From: Polyangiales bacterium
Lineage (GTDB): Bacteria; Myxococcota_A; Polyangia; Polyangiales; Polyangiaceae
DNA length: 64,000 bases
Direction: 5' to 3'
NCBI GenBank assembly: GCA_038231275.1
Contig: JBBRLQ010000010.1
Location: 32,001 to 96,000 of the forward strand
Positions 55,992-64,000 of this stretch are shown here, piece after piece (within the stretch, counting starts at the first letter, position 1; every line of letters begins with the position of its first letter). Position numbers and translations under genes: made by a program. The notes under the pieces are model-generated. The model saw only the letters and a program-made list of their open reading frames with translations, was not told the DNA's origin and did no database searches.

Positions 55992-57458
55992 ATGGTGATC
56001 CGCCGCGCCGCGCTGTTCCTCGTTTCCCTCGCCGCCCTGTCGTGTGGAAAGTCGGACTCCTCTTCTCCGGACGCGACCCCGACCGCGACCGCGTCGGCGG
56101 CCGCGTCCTCGACCCCGACCGCGTCAGCGACTCCGACCGCATCGGCGACTCCGAGCCCGACCGCGTCCTCGACTTCCACGCCGACTCCCACTTCCTTCGT
56201 CGCGTGGATGCGCGCGCACGTCCCGGCGTCCGCGAAGGTCGAGCCCGACGGCGCCGGCGTGAAGGTCCTCCACACCGTCGCGGCAGGAGACACCTACCTG
56301 ACGATCGCGACCGCCTACCTCGACGTCGCGGACATCTACCACGCGAAGGACTTCGCCACCGCCATCCAGAAGAAGGTGCCGGCGCTCGCCGTCGGCAGCG
56401 CGATCGAGATCCCGAACCTCGTCACCGCGCCGCACAAGGATCCGCTCGAGGAGCGCCTCCTGTGGCCCGAGGACAAAGCCCTCCGCGGCGTGTTCATCAC
56501 CGGCGTGTACGCGAGCCTCTACTGGGCGCAGACGCTCGACAAGGTCGCCGCGCGCAAGATGAACGCGATCGTCCTCGACGCGAAAGACTACATGGGGCCC
56601 ATCACCTACCCGACGAAGGTGAAGCTCGCGAACGACATGGAAGCGGCCAAAAATCCGCCGATCCCCGACATGGCGCGGGCCATTCGCTTCGCGCATCAAA
56701 AGGGGATCCGCATCATCCTGCGCGTCCCGTGCTTCCACGATCCGCTCGCGGCGAAGAAGGCGCCGCGCCTCTCGCTCATGGGGACGTGGGGCGGGCCGAT
56801 GGACATGGGGTGGCTCGATCCGACGAACGAAGAAGCGCAGGATTACGTGATCGACATCGTCAAGGAGGGCATCTCGTTCGGCGCCGACGAGATCCAGCTC
56901 GACTACATTCGCTTCCCCGTCGTGGGTCCCGTGAAGAGCATGAAGCTCCCGCCCGCAAAGAACGGCGAACGCATCCGCGCGATTCGCGACATCGTGCACA
57001 AGATCCACGACGTCACGAGCGCGTCCAAGGTGCCTCTGTCGCTCGACATCTTCGGCGTCACGGCGACCGGCGACAGGTCCGACTGGGAGGCGCTTGGCCA
57101 GGACATCTCGGTGCTCGGCGCGGAGTGCGAGGCGCTCAGCCCCATGGTGTATCCCTCACACTACGATAAGGGCTACCGCGGCTGGGACGAGCCCGGCAAT
57201 CATCCCGAGATCATCGGCATCGGCACGAAGGCCGCGGTGAAGTACCTCGAAGGCGCGAAGCCGAAGCCGACCGCGGTCATCCGCTCGTGGCTCCAAGCGT
57301 TCGCGTGGAAGACGCCGGTGTACGGTCCGAAGTACCTCGTCGAAGAGGCGCGTCAGGCCGAGACCAACGGCGGCGTCGGGTGGCTGATGTGGAGCCCCGG
57401 CAACGACTACTACGCCGCGTGGATCGGGTGGCCGCCCGTGGACACCAAGAAGCCCTGA
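55992..57458 (+). CDS. putative glycoside hydrolase (DUF4015-like) lipoprotein with LysM-like segment
   Basis: Lipobox ALSC; Thr/Pro linker; HTVAAGDT; RGVFIT, NAIVLDAKD, WLDP, DEIQLDYIRFP, SPMVYPSHY and WLQAF motifs. Confidence 0.82.
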   Translation: MVIRRAALFLVSLAALSCGKSDSSSPDATPTATASAAASSTPTASATPTASATPSPTASSTSTPTPTSFVAWMRAHVPASAKVEPDGAGVKVLHTVAAGDTYLTIATAYLDVADIYHAKDFATAIQKKVPALAVGSAIEIPNLVTAPHKDPLEERLLWPEDKALRGVFITGVYASLYWAQTLDKVAARKMNAIVLDAKDYMGPITYPTKVKLANDMEAAKNPPIPDMARAIRFAHQKGIRIILRVPCFHDPLAAKKAPRLSLMGTWGGPMDMGWLDPTNEEAQDYVIDIVKEGISFGADEIQLDYIRFPVVGPVKSMKLPPAKNGERIRAIRDIVHKIHDVTSASKVPLSLDIFGVTATGDRSDWEALGQDISVLGAECEALSPMVYPSHYDKGYRGWDEPGNHPEIIGIGTKAAVKYLEGAKPKPTAVIRSWLQAFAWKTPVYGPKYLVEEARQAETNGGVGWLMWSPGNDYYAAWIGWPPVDTKKP

Positions 57459-57468
57459 CCCCGATCGC

Positions 57469-58722
57469 GTGGCAAACCGAGCGAACGCGGAGCCCGTACC
57501 TCCCGGTGAGCCCGTGACGGAGCGCGCGGACGTCCTCGTGATCGGGGGCGGCATCTTGGGGTGTGCGACGGCGATGACGCTCGCGACCGGCGCGCCGCGC
57601 GCGCGCGTGATCCTCGTGGAGAAGGAGGACGCGCTGGCGGCGCATCAGACCGGTCACAACAGCGGCGTCATCCACGCCGGGCTTTATTACAAGCCGGGAT
57701 CGCTCAAGGCGAAGACGTGCGCAGAGGGGCGGTCATTGCTCGAGCGCTTTTGCGAGGAGCACGACGTCCCGTTCGAGCGGTGCGGCAAGGTGGTCGTGGC
57801 GACGCGTGAGGAGCATCTCCCGCGCTTGGAGGAGCTCGAGCGACGCGGGCGCGCGAACGGCCTCATGGGGATCACGCGTCTGTCGGCGGAGGCGCTGCGA
57901 GAGCATGAGCCGCATGCTGCCGGCATCGCGGGGCTTCACGTCGCCGAGACGGGCATCGTCGACTACCGCAAGGTGACCGAGGCCTACGCGCGCGTGGCGA
58001 AGGCTGCTGGAGCCGACGTGATCCTCGGTGCACGCGTGATCTCGATCGTTCGCGACGCAGGCGAGGTCGTCGTCACGACGACGCGTGGGGAGCATCGCGC
58101 GCGCGCCCTCGTCAACTGCGCAGGGCTCGCCAGCGATCGCATCGCGCGCCTCGCCGGCGTCGATCCCGGCGTGCGTATCGTGCCGTTCCGCGGTGAGTAC
58201 TACGAGCTCGCGGAGGACCGGCGCGGCCTCGTGAAGAACCTCATTTATCCGGTGCCCGATCCGGCGTTCCCGTTCCTCGGCGTTCACTTCACGCGGCGCA
58301 TCGGCGGCGAGGTCGAGGCGGGGCCCAACGCGGTCTTGGCGTTCGCGCGCGAAGGGTACAAGAAGACGTCGTTCTCGATGAGGGACGCGCTCGAGATCGC
58401 CGCGTTCGCGGGGACGTGGCGGCTCGTCGCGCGGCACTGGCGCACGGGCGTGGGCGAAATGTGGCGATCGCTGAGCAAGGCGGCGTTCACCGAAGCGCTG
58501 CGCGAGCTCGTTCCGGAGCTCGTTGCCACGGACATCGTGCCGGCGGGCTCTGGCGTTCGCGCGCAGGCGATGCGCGCGTCGGGCGATCTGGTCGATGATT
58601 TTCACATCGTCGAGGCGGAGGGAATGGTGCACCTCCTGAACGCGCCATCGCCTGCTGCCACCGCCTCGCTCGCAATCGCGCGGACGGTGGCAGAGCGCGT
58701 GCGCACGATGCTTGCGGCCTGA
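57469..58722 (+). CDS. lhgO: L-2-hydroxyglutarate oxidase
   Basis: IGGGILG, HQTGHNSGVIHAGLYYKPGSLKA, PFRGEYY, YPVPDPAFPFLGVH, GVRAQA and NAPSPAAT motifs. Confidence 0.93.
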   Translation: MANRANAEPVPPGEPVTERADVLVIGGGILGCATAMTLATGAPRARVILVEKEDALAAHQTGHNSGVIHAGLYYKPGSLKAKTCAEGRSLLERFCEEHDVPFERCGKVVVATREEHLPRLEELERRGRANGLMGITRLSAEALREHEPHAAGIAGLHVAETGIVDYRKVTEAYARVAKAAGADVILGARVISIVRDAGEVVVTTTRGEHRARALVNCAGLASDRIARLAGVDPGVRIVPFRGEYYELAEDRRGLVKNLIYPVPDPAFPFLGVHFTRRIGGEVEAGPNAVLAFAREGYKKTSFSMRDALEIAAFAGTWRLVARHWRTGVGEMWRSLSKAAFTEALRELVPELVATDIVPAGSGVRAQAMRASGDLVDDFHIVEAEGMVHLLNAPSPAATASLAIARTVAERVRTMLAA

Positions 58723-58734
58723 GGCCGCCCCTCG

Positions 58735-60006
58735 TCACTTCGCGACGCGAGGCTCGGCGTAGGTCTTTCCAGGCTCGATCGCCTCGACGTAACGGCTGGT
58801 CCAGATGCTCGCGAAGAACGCGTCGAGGCGCGCCGGCAACGCGCCGCCCGCGACCACGAGCCCGACGTTCCTGCTCGCGTAGAAGTAGTCCCGCTCCCAG
58901 TTGCTGGTCCCGACCCACGCGCGCGCGCCGTCGACCACCATGTACTTGGCGTGGGCGACACGCGCGAACGGGATGAAGCCCGACGAGTGCAGTGGAATGC
59001 GGATGAAGCGAACGGAGAGGCCCGGTTTTCCGCTCGCCTTCAGCCGCTCGCCCGCGGCCGCGAGCTCTTGCAGGTGCGTCACGCTGTCCTTGCGGAGCGC
59101 CCACTCCGACACGAGAAGCGATACCTCGACGCCGCGCTGCGATGCGCGGACGAGGGCATCCTCGAGGTCGTGCATCTCGCCGCCGTGTCCGGAGACGCGG
59201 TAGGTGAGCACCTCGACGTGCACCGACGCGCGCGCGTCGTCGATGAGGCGAACGAGCTGCGGGAGATCCCAACGCGCGGGATCCGGCAAGAGATCGCGAG
59301 GGCTCGCGGCGAGCGTCACCGTCGCGCCGTCCAGAGACTCGGGAGGAGGAGGCGCGAGGGACGCGGTCGGCGGGGGCGTAGCCTTCGACGCCGGATCATT
59401 CGGCGCGCCTGCGGCACGCCAGTCCGACTCGAAGATTGCGGCGAGCGCGCGGACCTGCTCCGGCGCGCGAAAACGAACGCCGACCTCGAGGATGTGCTCG
59501 AGCGCGCGCCAGTCGAAATTCTGCGAGCCCAAGCACGCCTCGGCGCCGTCGACGACGATGTACTTCGCGTGGAGGACGCCGCCGCCCACGCCACGCGTGC
59601 TCCAGTCGATCCTCCGCACCTCCACGTTCGCGCGCGCGGCGAGCCGATCGAGCGTCTCGGGGTATTGCCCGTAAAATTTCTCGTCGGCGAGGACGCGCAC
59701 GTGAACGCCGCGCGCCGCCGCGTCCTCCAGCGCGCGCACGGACGGCTCGAGCGCCGAGCGCGGTTGGTCCGCGAGGTAGAACTCGGCGAGGTCGATCCGC
59801 GTCCGCGCGGCGGCGAACATCGCCGGCCACACGTCCTTTGCGTCGCGAACGTCGGCGTGGTCGAGCGTCGTCTCCGCCGGCCACGACTCGACGAGCTCGA
59901 GCGCCGCCGCCGTTCGAACGGCGGGTGACGTGGGTGGCGTTGGTGACGTGGGCGTCGCGGCGCAGCCGGCCGACAGCGCGAGCCCGACGATCCACCGCGC
60001 GCGCAT
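58735..60006 (-). CDS. phospholipase D family lipoprotein (two HKD motifs)
   Basis: Lipobox SAGC; LVESWP; HAKYIVVD..GSQNFDWR and HAKYMVVD..GTSNW. Confidence 0.9.
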   Translation of the reverse strand: MRARWIVGLALSAGCAATPTSPTPPTSPAVRTAAALELVESWPAETTLDHADVRDAKDVWPAMFAAARTRIDLAEFYLADQPRSALEPSVRALEDAAARGVHVRVLADEKFYGQYPETLDRLAARANVEVRRIDWSTRGVGGGVLHAKYIVVDGAEACLGSQNFDWRALEHILEVGVRFRAPEQVRALAAIFESDWRAAGAPNDPASKATPPPTASLAPPPPESLDGATVTLAASPRDLLPDPARWDLPQLVRLIDDARASVHVEVLTYRVSGHGGEMHDLEDALVRASQRGVEVSLLVSEWALRKDSVTHLQELAAAGERLKASGKPGLSVRFIRIPLHSSGFIPFARVAHAKYMVVDGARAWVGTSNWERDYFYASRNVGLVVAGGALPARLDAFFASIWTSRYVEAIEPGKTYAEPRVAK

Positions 60007-60011
60007 GCTCG

Positions 60012-61058
60012 CTACGCCGGGAGGGCCACGACCGCCGGGAGCGTCCACTCCGTTCGGCTGCGCAGGAGCGCGACGATCTCGTCATTCGATCGGGGCGTCG
60101 CGCCGAGGTGGACGAAGCGCCGAGCGAGCCAGTCGTACCGCCCGAGCATCAGCAGCAGCCACACGCCGAAGTAGTCGATCCCGCGAAACACGATCGCGCG
60201 CTCGCTCTCGTAGCTCCCGACGTTGCGCAGGAAATCTCCGGGCATGTCGGTCCAGTGCATCGTCGCCTTGAGGTGGTGACCGATGTGGTAGCCGTCGTTG
60301 AAGCAGCGGCGGTTGTAGCCGGAGTCGATGCACGTGATGCTGTTGCGGTACGAGCACTCCGGCGACGCCTCATCCACGAAGGCGTGCTGCGCCCAGTTGC
60401 CGGCCATCATCCCGAAGCGCGTGATGACGAACGGCGCGACGAACACCGCGACGGTCGCGCGCCAATCGAAATAGAGGAGGGCGCCCATCCCCACGAGGAA
60501 CGACAGCTCGCCGACGACGCACCGGACGAGGAGCGTGCGGCGCTTCTTGCGCGCGAAATACCCCGAGAGCTCGAAGATCCCGACGAAAAAGAAGCGCAAA
60601 AAATAATGGAGAAACGCGATGAAGCTGTCGCGCCGGTAGCCGATGGTCGAGCTGAGATCCGCCCGCAGGTTGTTCTCGGCGTGGTGCATGCCGACGTGGT
60701 GCGCGAAGAACGTGTCCGGCGACTCGCCGAAGAACGGCCCGAGCACCCACGGGATGATCAGGTTCAGCCGCGACCAGCGCGTATTGAAGAAGCGTCGATG
60801 GCTCGTGTTGTGGAGCATGAGGACGAACGGCCCCATGAAGAAGATGACGAGCACGATGTGGAGCGCCGCCAGCCAAAGGCTGAAGAGACCGGGCACGAAG
60901 AGCGCTACGCCGGTGGGCACCACAGTGAGAGAGATGCGCGCAATGAGGCCGACGAACGGCATGTCGCGTTCGTCGCTCAAGAGCTTCCGCACGAGGCGCT
61001 CGCCGAGCCAGGGATCGGGGCGAGTCGTGTGAATCGGATCTCGGCCGGTGATTTCCAT
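60012..61058 (-). CDS. membrane fatty acid desaturase
   Basis: His boxes HNTSH, HHVGMHH and HIGHH, plus GNWAQH and TM segments. Confidence 0.88.
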   Translation of the reverse strand: MEITGRDPIHTTRPDPWLGERLVRKLLSDERDMPFVGLIARISLTVVPTGVALFVPGLFSLWLAALHIVLVIFFMGPFVLMLHNTSHRRFFNTRWSRLNLIIPWVLGPFFGESPDTFFAHHVGMHHAENNLRADLSSTIGYRRDSFIAFLHYFLRFFFVGIFELSGYFARKKRRTLLVRCVVGELSFLVGMGALLYFDWRATVAVFVAPFVITRFGMMAGNWAQHAFVDEASPECSYRNSITCIDSGYNRRCFNDGYHIGHHLKATMHWTDMPGDFLRNVGSYESERAIVFRGIDYFGVWLLLMLGRYDWLARRFVHLGATPRSNDEIVALLRSRTEWTLPAVVALPA

Positions 61059-61097
61059 TTGGCGGGGGCGGGACCCTAGCACGGGCGCCTCGCTGCG

Positions 61098-62408
61098 TCA
61101 GAGCGTGGCCAGGTAGGCCAGTAAGTCCGCGCGGGTAGCGTCGTCGAGCGAGAGCCCGAACGGGTGGCCGACGACCGCGCCGGGGCCGTGGCGACCACCG
61201 GTGAACTCGGGGCGGATGCGCGCGGGATCGAACAGGACGGCGAGACTCGGGAGCGACGCGTCGTGAAGGAGCGCGGCGCGGCTGCCGACTCCATGCAGCG
61301 ACGGGACGCGGTAGGTGCCGGTACCCCGCTCCGACGAGAGGCCGATCGCCGGATCGGTCCCGACGACGTCGAGCGGCACCGGCGGACCCGTCAGCGCGGG
61401 CGGCACGTGGCAGCGCGCGCAGGTATTCGAGAACACCTCCGCGCCGCGCGCCTCCTGGGCCGAGAGCGAGCGCGGCGCAGGAAGCGCGTCCGCCAGCGAC
61501 CAAATGAACGCCGCGAGACCCAGCGCCACCGCGCGAGGCGGACGCACCGAAGCGGCGTGTGACGTGATGATGAGCGTCTCGATCCGCACGGCGAGCGTCG
61601 CGCGATCGTGCTGCGCCACCGACGCGTCCGCCTGTAGGTGCGTGAGCCATCGCACCGGCCGCAAATCGGCCATTTTCACCGGCTCGCGGCCGTCGTTCGT
61701 CGTCACGTCGTTGCGGCCAGGACCCCACGAGAGGAAGCGCTCTGCCCCCGCCGGCGCTGGGCCCGATCGCGACGCGAAGTCGAACGCGAGCTGTCCGAGG
61801 TTCAGCTTTTCGTTCGTGAGACCCACGACGAGGCCGCTGTCCCGCGACGTCGCGTGGCAGGTCGCGCACGAGTACGCCAGCAGGCGCTCGCCGCCCGCCA
61901 TCTCCGCGCGAACGATCCCTCCGGCGCCGTGCACGTCGTCGGTCCAAAACCCGTAGCGCGCGAACGAGGCGCGTGACGCGGCGGCGACTTCGGCCGCGGG
62001 CGCGAGCTGGAGCGGATACCGGAAGAACGCCTCCGCCCCCAGCGCCACCAGCGCGCGCTCGTCGCCGGCGAGCGCTTCGTCCGAGATCGCGAGCGCGTGC
62101 GCGCCTTGCGTGAACGGCGCGCTCCCGCGTACGCCGCCCTCGTCGTCGAGCTCGCGTGACGGGACGACGTCGACGCGCGGGTTCCACTCGGCCAAACGAG
62201 CCCAATCGTGCGCTTCGCCCGTCTCGTACGACGCGAGCCGCAGCCGGGAGTAGCCGTTTTCAGGGTTCACCAACGAGGCCACGAGCGTCGCGCGACGGTA
62301 GGCCGTGTCCGTGAGGTACGGCTCGCGCGGCGCCGAAGGAGCGGCCTCATGGCCCCCGCACGCCGGCGCGAACGCGGCGAGGCCCAGGGAAATCGCGAGC
62401 CACTTCAT
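61098..62408 (-). CDS. di-heme c-type cytochrome lipoprotein (CcP/MauG-like C-terminus)
   Basis: Lipobox-like APAC; CATCH and CARCH heme motifs; RGAEVF; YRVPSLHGV...LLHDAS; DLLAYL. Confidence 0.8.
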   Translation of the reverse strand: MKWLAISLGLAAFAPACGGHEAAPSAPREPYLTDTAYRRATLVASLVNPENGYSRLRLASYETGEAHDWARLAEWNPRVDVVPSRELDDEGGVRGSAPFTQGAHALAISDEALAGDERALVALGAEAFFRYPLQLAPAAEVAAASRASFARYGFWTDDVHGAGGIVRAEMAGGERLLAYSCATCHATSRDSGLVVGLTNEKLNLGQLAFDFASRSGPAPAGAERFLSWGPGRNDVTTNDGREPVKMADLRPVRWLTHLQADASVAQHDRATLAVRIETLIITSHAASVRPPRAVALGLAAFIWSLADALPAPRSLSAQEARGAEVFSNTCARCHVPPALTGPPVPLDVVGTDPAIGLSSERGTGTYRVPSLHGVGSRAALLHDASLPSLAVLFDPARIRPEFTGGRHGPGAVVGHPFGLSLDDATRADLLAYLATL

Positions 62409-62421
62409 CGCATCACCCCGC

Positions 62422-63108
62422 TCAGCCTGCGCACGCCGTGTTCGCGCACGCCCACTTGCCGAGCGCCGGCTGCCACGCGCAGTATCCCGCGCGACCTCCG
62501 TCGGTGCATTGGTCGTCGTTCGTACACGCGTCGTTCGGCGTGTGGCAGTAGTAGCCCTGCACGCCGTCGTAAGGTCCGCACGAGGTGTCGAACGTCGGCG
62601 AGCAATACCCGCCCGCGCCGCAGTCGCCGTCGGTGCGGCAGTTGCCCGGGAGGCACACGCTGCCCGTGCGCATCGGCGTACCGTCGCTGCCGTTCGCGAG
62701 CGTGTCGCCGCACGTGCAGAGCTTGCCCGCGCCGCAGTCGTCGTCGACGAAGCATGCGTCGTACGAGCAGATGTGCGGTCCGCCGCGGTTCGGCGGGAGG
62801 CACCGCCCGTTCTTCCCGCTCGTGCATTGCGAGTCGACCGTGCACCCGCCCGGGAAGCCCGCGTCGGAGGCCCCGCCGTCGGCGTTCAGCCCCGCCGGCC
62901 GCGTCGTCGGGCACGCGATGGCGCCCGGACGATGGCTCGTGGGAGGTGGGAGGTTCGCCGGCGGTGGCCCCGGCGGCGTCGGCGGAACGTAGCCGTCGGG
63001 GAGCGCCCCTGCGTCATTCGTCGCGCTCGTCGTCGTGCCTCCGCAATGGACGACCCCTAGCGCGGCGGCGGCGAGAAGGACGACGAGCATCGGCGTGCGC
63101 GAGATCAT
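62422..63108 (-). CDS. Cys-rich lipoprotein
   Basis: Lipobox-like VVHC; repeated C..D.DC modules (CTVDSQC, CFVDDDC, CRTDGDC, CTNDDQC); alternative start at 63090. Confidence 0.75.
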   Translation of the reverse strand: MISRTPMLVVLLAAAALGVVHCGGTTTSATNDAGALPDGYVPPTPPGPPPANLPPPTSHRPGAIACPTTRPAGLNADGGASDAGFPGGCTVDSQCTSGKNGRCLPPNRGGPHICSYDACFVDDDCGAGKLCTCGDTLANGSDGTPMRTGSVCLPGNCRTDGDCGAGGYCSPTFDTSCGPYDGVQGYYCHTPNDACTNDDQCTDGGRAGYCAWQPALGKWACANTACAG

Positions 63109-63120
63109 GACTTCTGTAAA

Positions 63121-63136
63121 AGCACGTACGGTGCCA
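63121..63136 (-). promoter_or_regulatory. putative sigma54 (-24/-12) promoter
   Basis: Minus strand TGGCAC-CGTAC-GTGCT, 12 nt upstream of ATG 63108. Confidence 0.5.
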
Positions 63137-63254
63137 CACCGGAAAATCGTCGATTTTGTCGACAAATTACGGTGAAAACCGACGATCACGGGTGCGCGCG
63201 TGGCCCACGTTGGCGCATCGGACGGCGTCGCGAGCCGTGCTAGCGTTCCGCGCG

Positions 63255-64000
63255 ATGCGCCACCGCCACCTCCTCAAGATCGTCCCGGCCCTCTCGATCC
63301 TCTTCCTCGCCGCGTGCCCTGCGGGGGAGGAAGCGCGGCCGCCCGCGACGCCGATCGCACCCGTCGCGAGCGCGCCCCTGCCCGTCGCGAGCGCGCCCGC
63401 AGGGACTCCGAGCGCGCCGAAACCAGAAGAGGCGCTGACGGCCGAGTGCGCGACGCAGCTCCGCGCGATGAAGGAACACCTCGCGACGCTCCTCGCCGTG
63501 ACCGACGCGCGCACGATCGCGAACACGCTCGAGCCGTTCAACACGCTGTCGATCGAGCTCACGAACCTCGACGGTCGCACCGGTCTCCTGGCCGAAGTGC
63601 ACCCCGACGCGGCGTACCGCGCGGCGTCCGAGCAGTGCGTGAAGGACGTCGCGTCGTTCGCCGCCGATTTGACGACGAACCAGCCGCTCTTCAAGGCGCT
63701 CGTCGCGATCGACGTGTCCAAGACGGACGCCGACACGAAGCGCCTCGCCGAGCACACACTCCGCGACTTTCGGCGCTCCGGCGTCGACAAGGACGAGCCG
63801 ACGCGCAAGCGCCTGAAGGAGCTGAACGACGGCATGACGTCGCTCGGCCTCGAGTTCGACAAGAGCATCCGGGAGGACGTCCGCAAGGTCACGTTCGATC
63901 CCGCGCAGCTGAAGGGCCTGCCCGCGGACTACGTGAAGGCGCACCCGGCCGGCACCGACGGCAAGGTCACGCTGACGACCGACTACCCCGACTACATCCC
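63255..64000 (+). CDS. M3 family metallopeptidase (thimet oligopeptidase-like) lipoprotein, partial
   Basis: My translation gives MRHRHLLKIVPALSILFLAAC...EVHPDAAYRAASEQC...LRDFRRSGVDKD...LKGLPADY...TTDYPDY, open to the window end. The HExxH motif would lie beyond the window. Confidence 0.82.
   Translation, partial: MRHRHLLKIVPALSILFLAACPAGEEARPPATPIAPVASAPLPVASAPAGTPSAPKPEEALTAECATQLRAMKEHLATLLAVTDARTIANTLEPFNTLSIELTNLDGRTGLLAEVHPDAAYRAASEQCVKDVASFAADLTTNQPLFKALVAIDVSKTDADTKRLAEHTLRDFRRSGVDKDEPTRKRLKELNDGMTSLGLEFDKSIREDVRKVTFDPAQLKGLPADYVKAHPAGTDGKVTLTTDYPDYI

Noticed and set aside
1..64000. tRNA, rRNA, IS/transposase, integrase, prophage or known defence genes
   Set aside because: None recognised by eye. 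A tRNAscan, Rfam or DefenseFinder run would be needed to exclude them formally.

Overview
A high-GC, gene-dense chromosomal window, most likely from a Myxococcota bacterium of the Polyangiaceae/Labilithrix type. This is inferred from MYXO-CTERM tails, Cys-rich 'DAG'-linker lipoproteins, three Hanks-type Ser/Thr kinases and MXAN_5187-C/MXAN_2562-like proteins. It has about 58 CDS, with partial genes at both ends. I saw no rRNA, tRNA, CRISPR array, transposase or phage gene. Housekeeping genes include lgt, tsaE, mpl, suhB, a clpB-like gene, grxC and lhgO. The most notable items are: (1) a translationally coupled cobalamin-dependent radical SAM enzyme and heme-oxygenase-like diiron (CADD/PqqC-like) enzyme, followed by an MBL hydrolase, which is a candidate undescribed biosynthetic or lipid-tailoring module; (2) a ClpB-like protein whose first AAA+ ring has lost all its catalytic motifs; (3) a TetR regulon with three TATTGA-N7-TCAAT(A/G) operators around a BVMO/PF10118-like/SDR cluster; (4) a recurrent TAnnnT box 6-10 nt before many start codons, suggesting pervasive leaderless transcription; (5) a coupled ECF sigma factor and Ser/Thr kinase; (6) a Cys-rich lipoprotein plus di-heme MauG/CcP-like operon behind a sigma54-like promoter; and (7) several palindromic or REP-like intergenic elements. 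All family assignments come from motif recognition by eye; no database searches were run.
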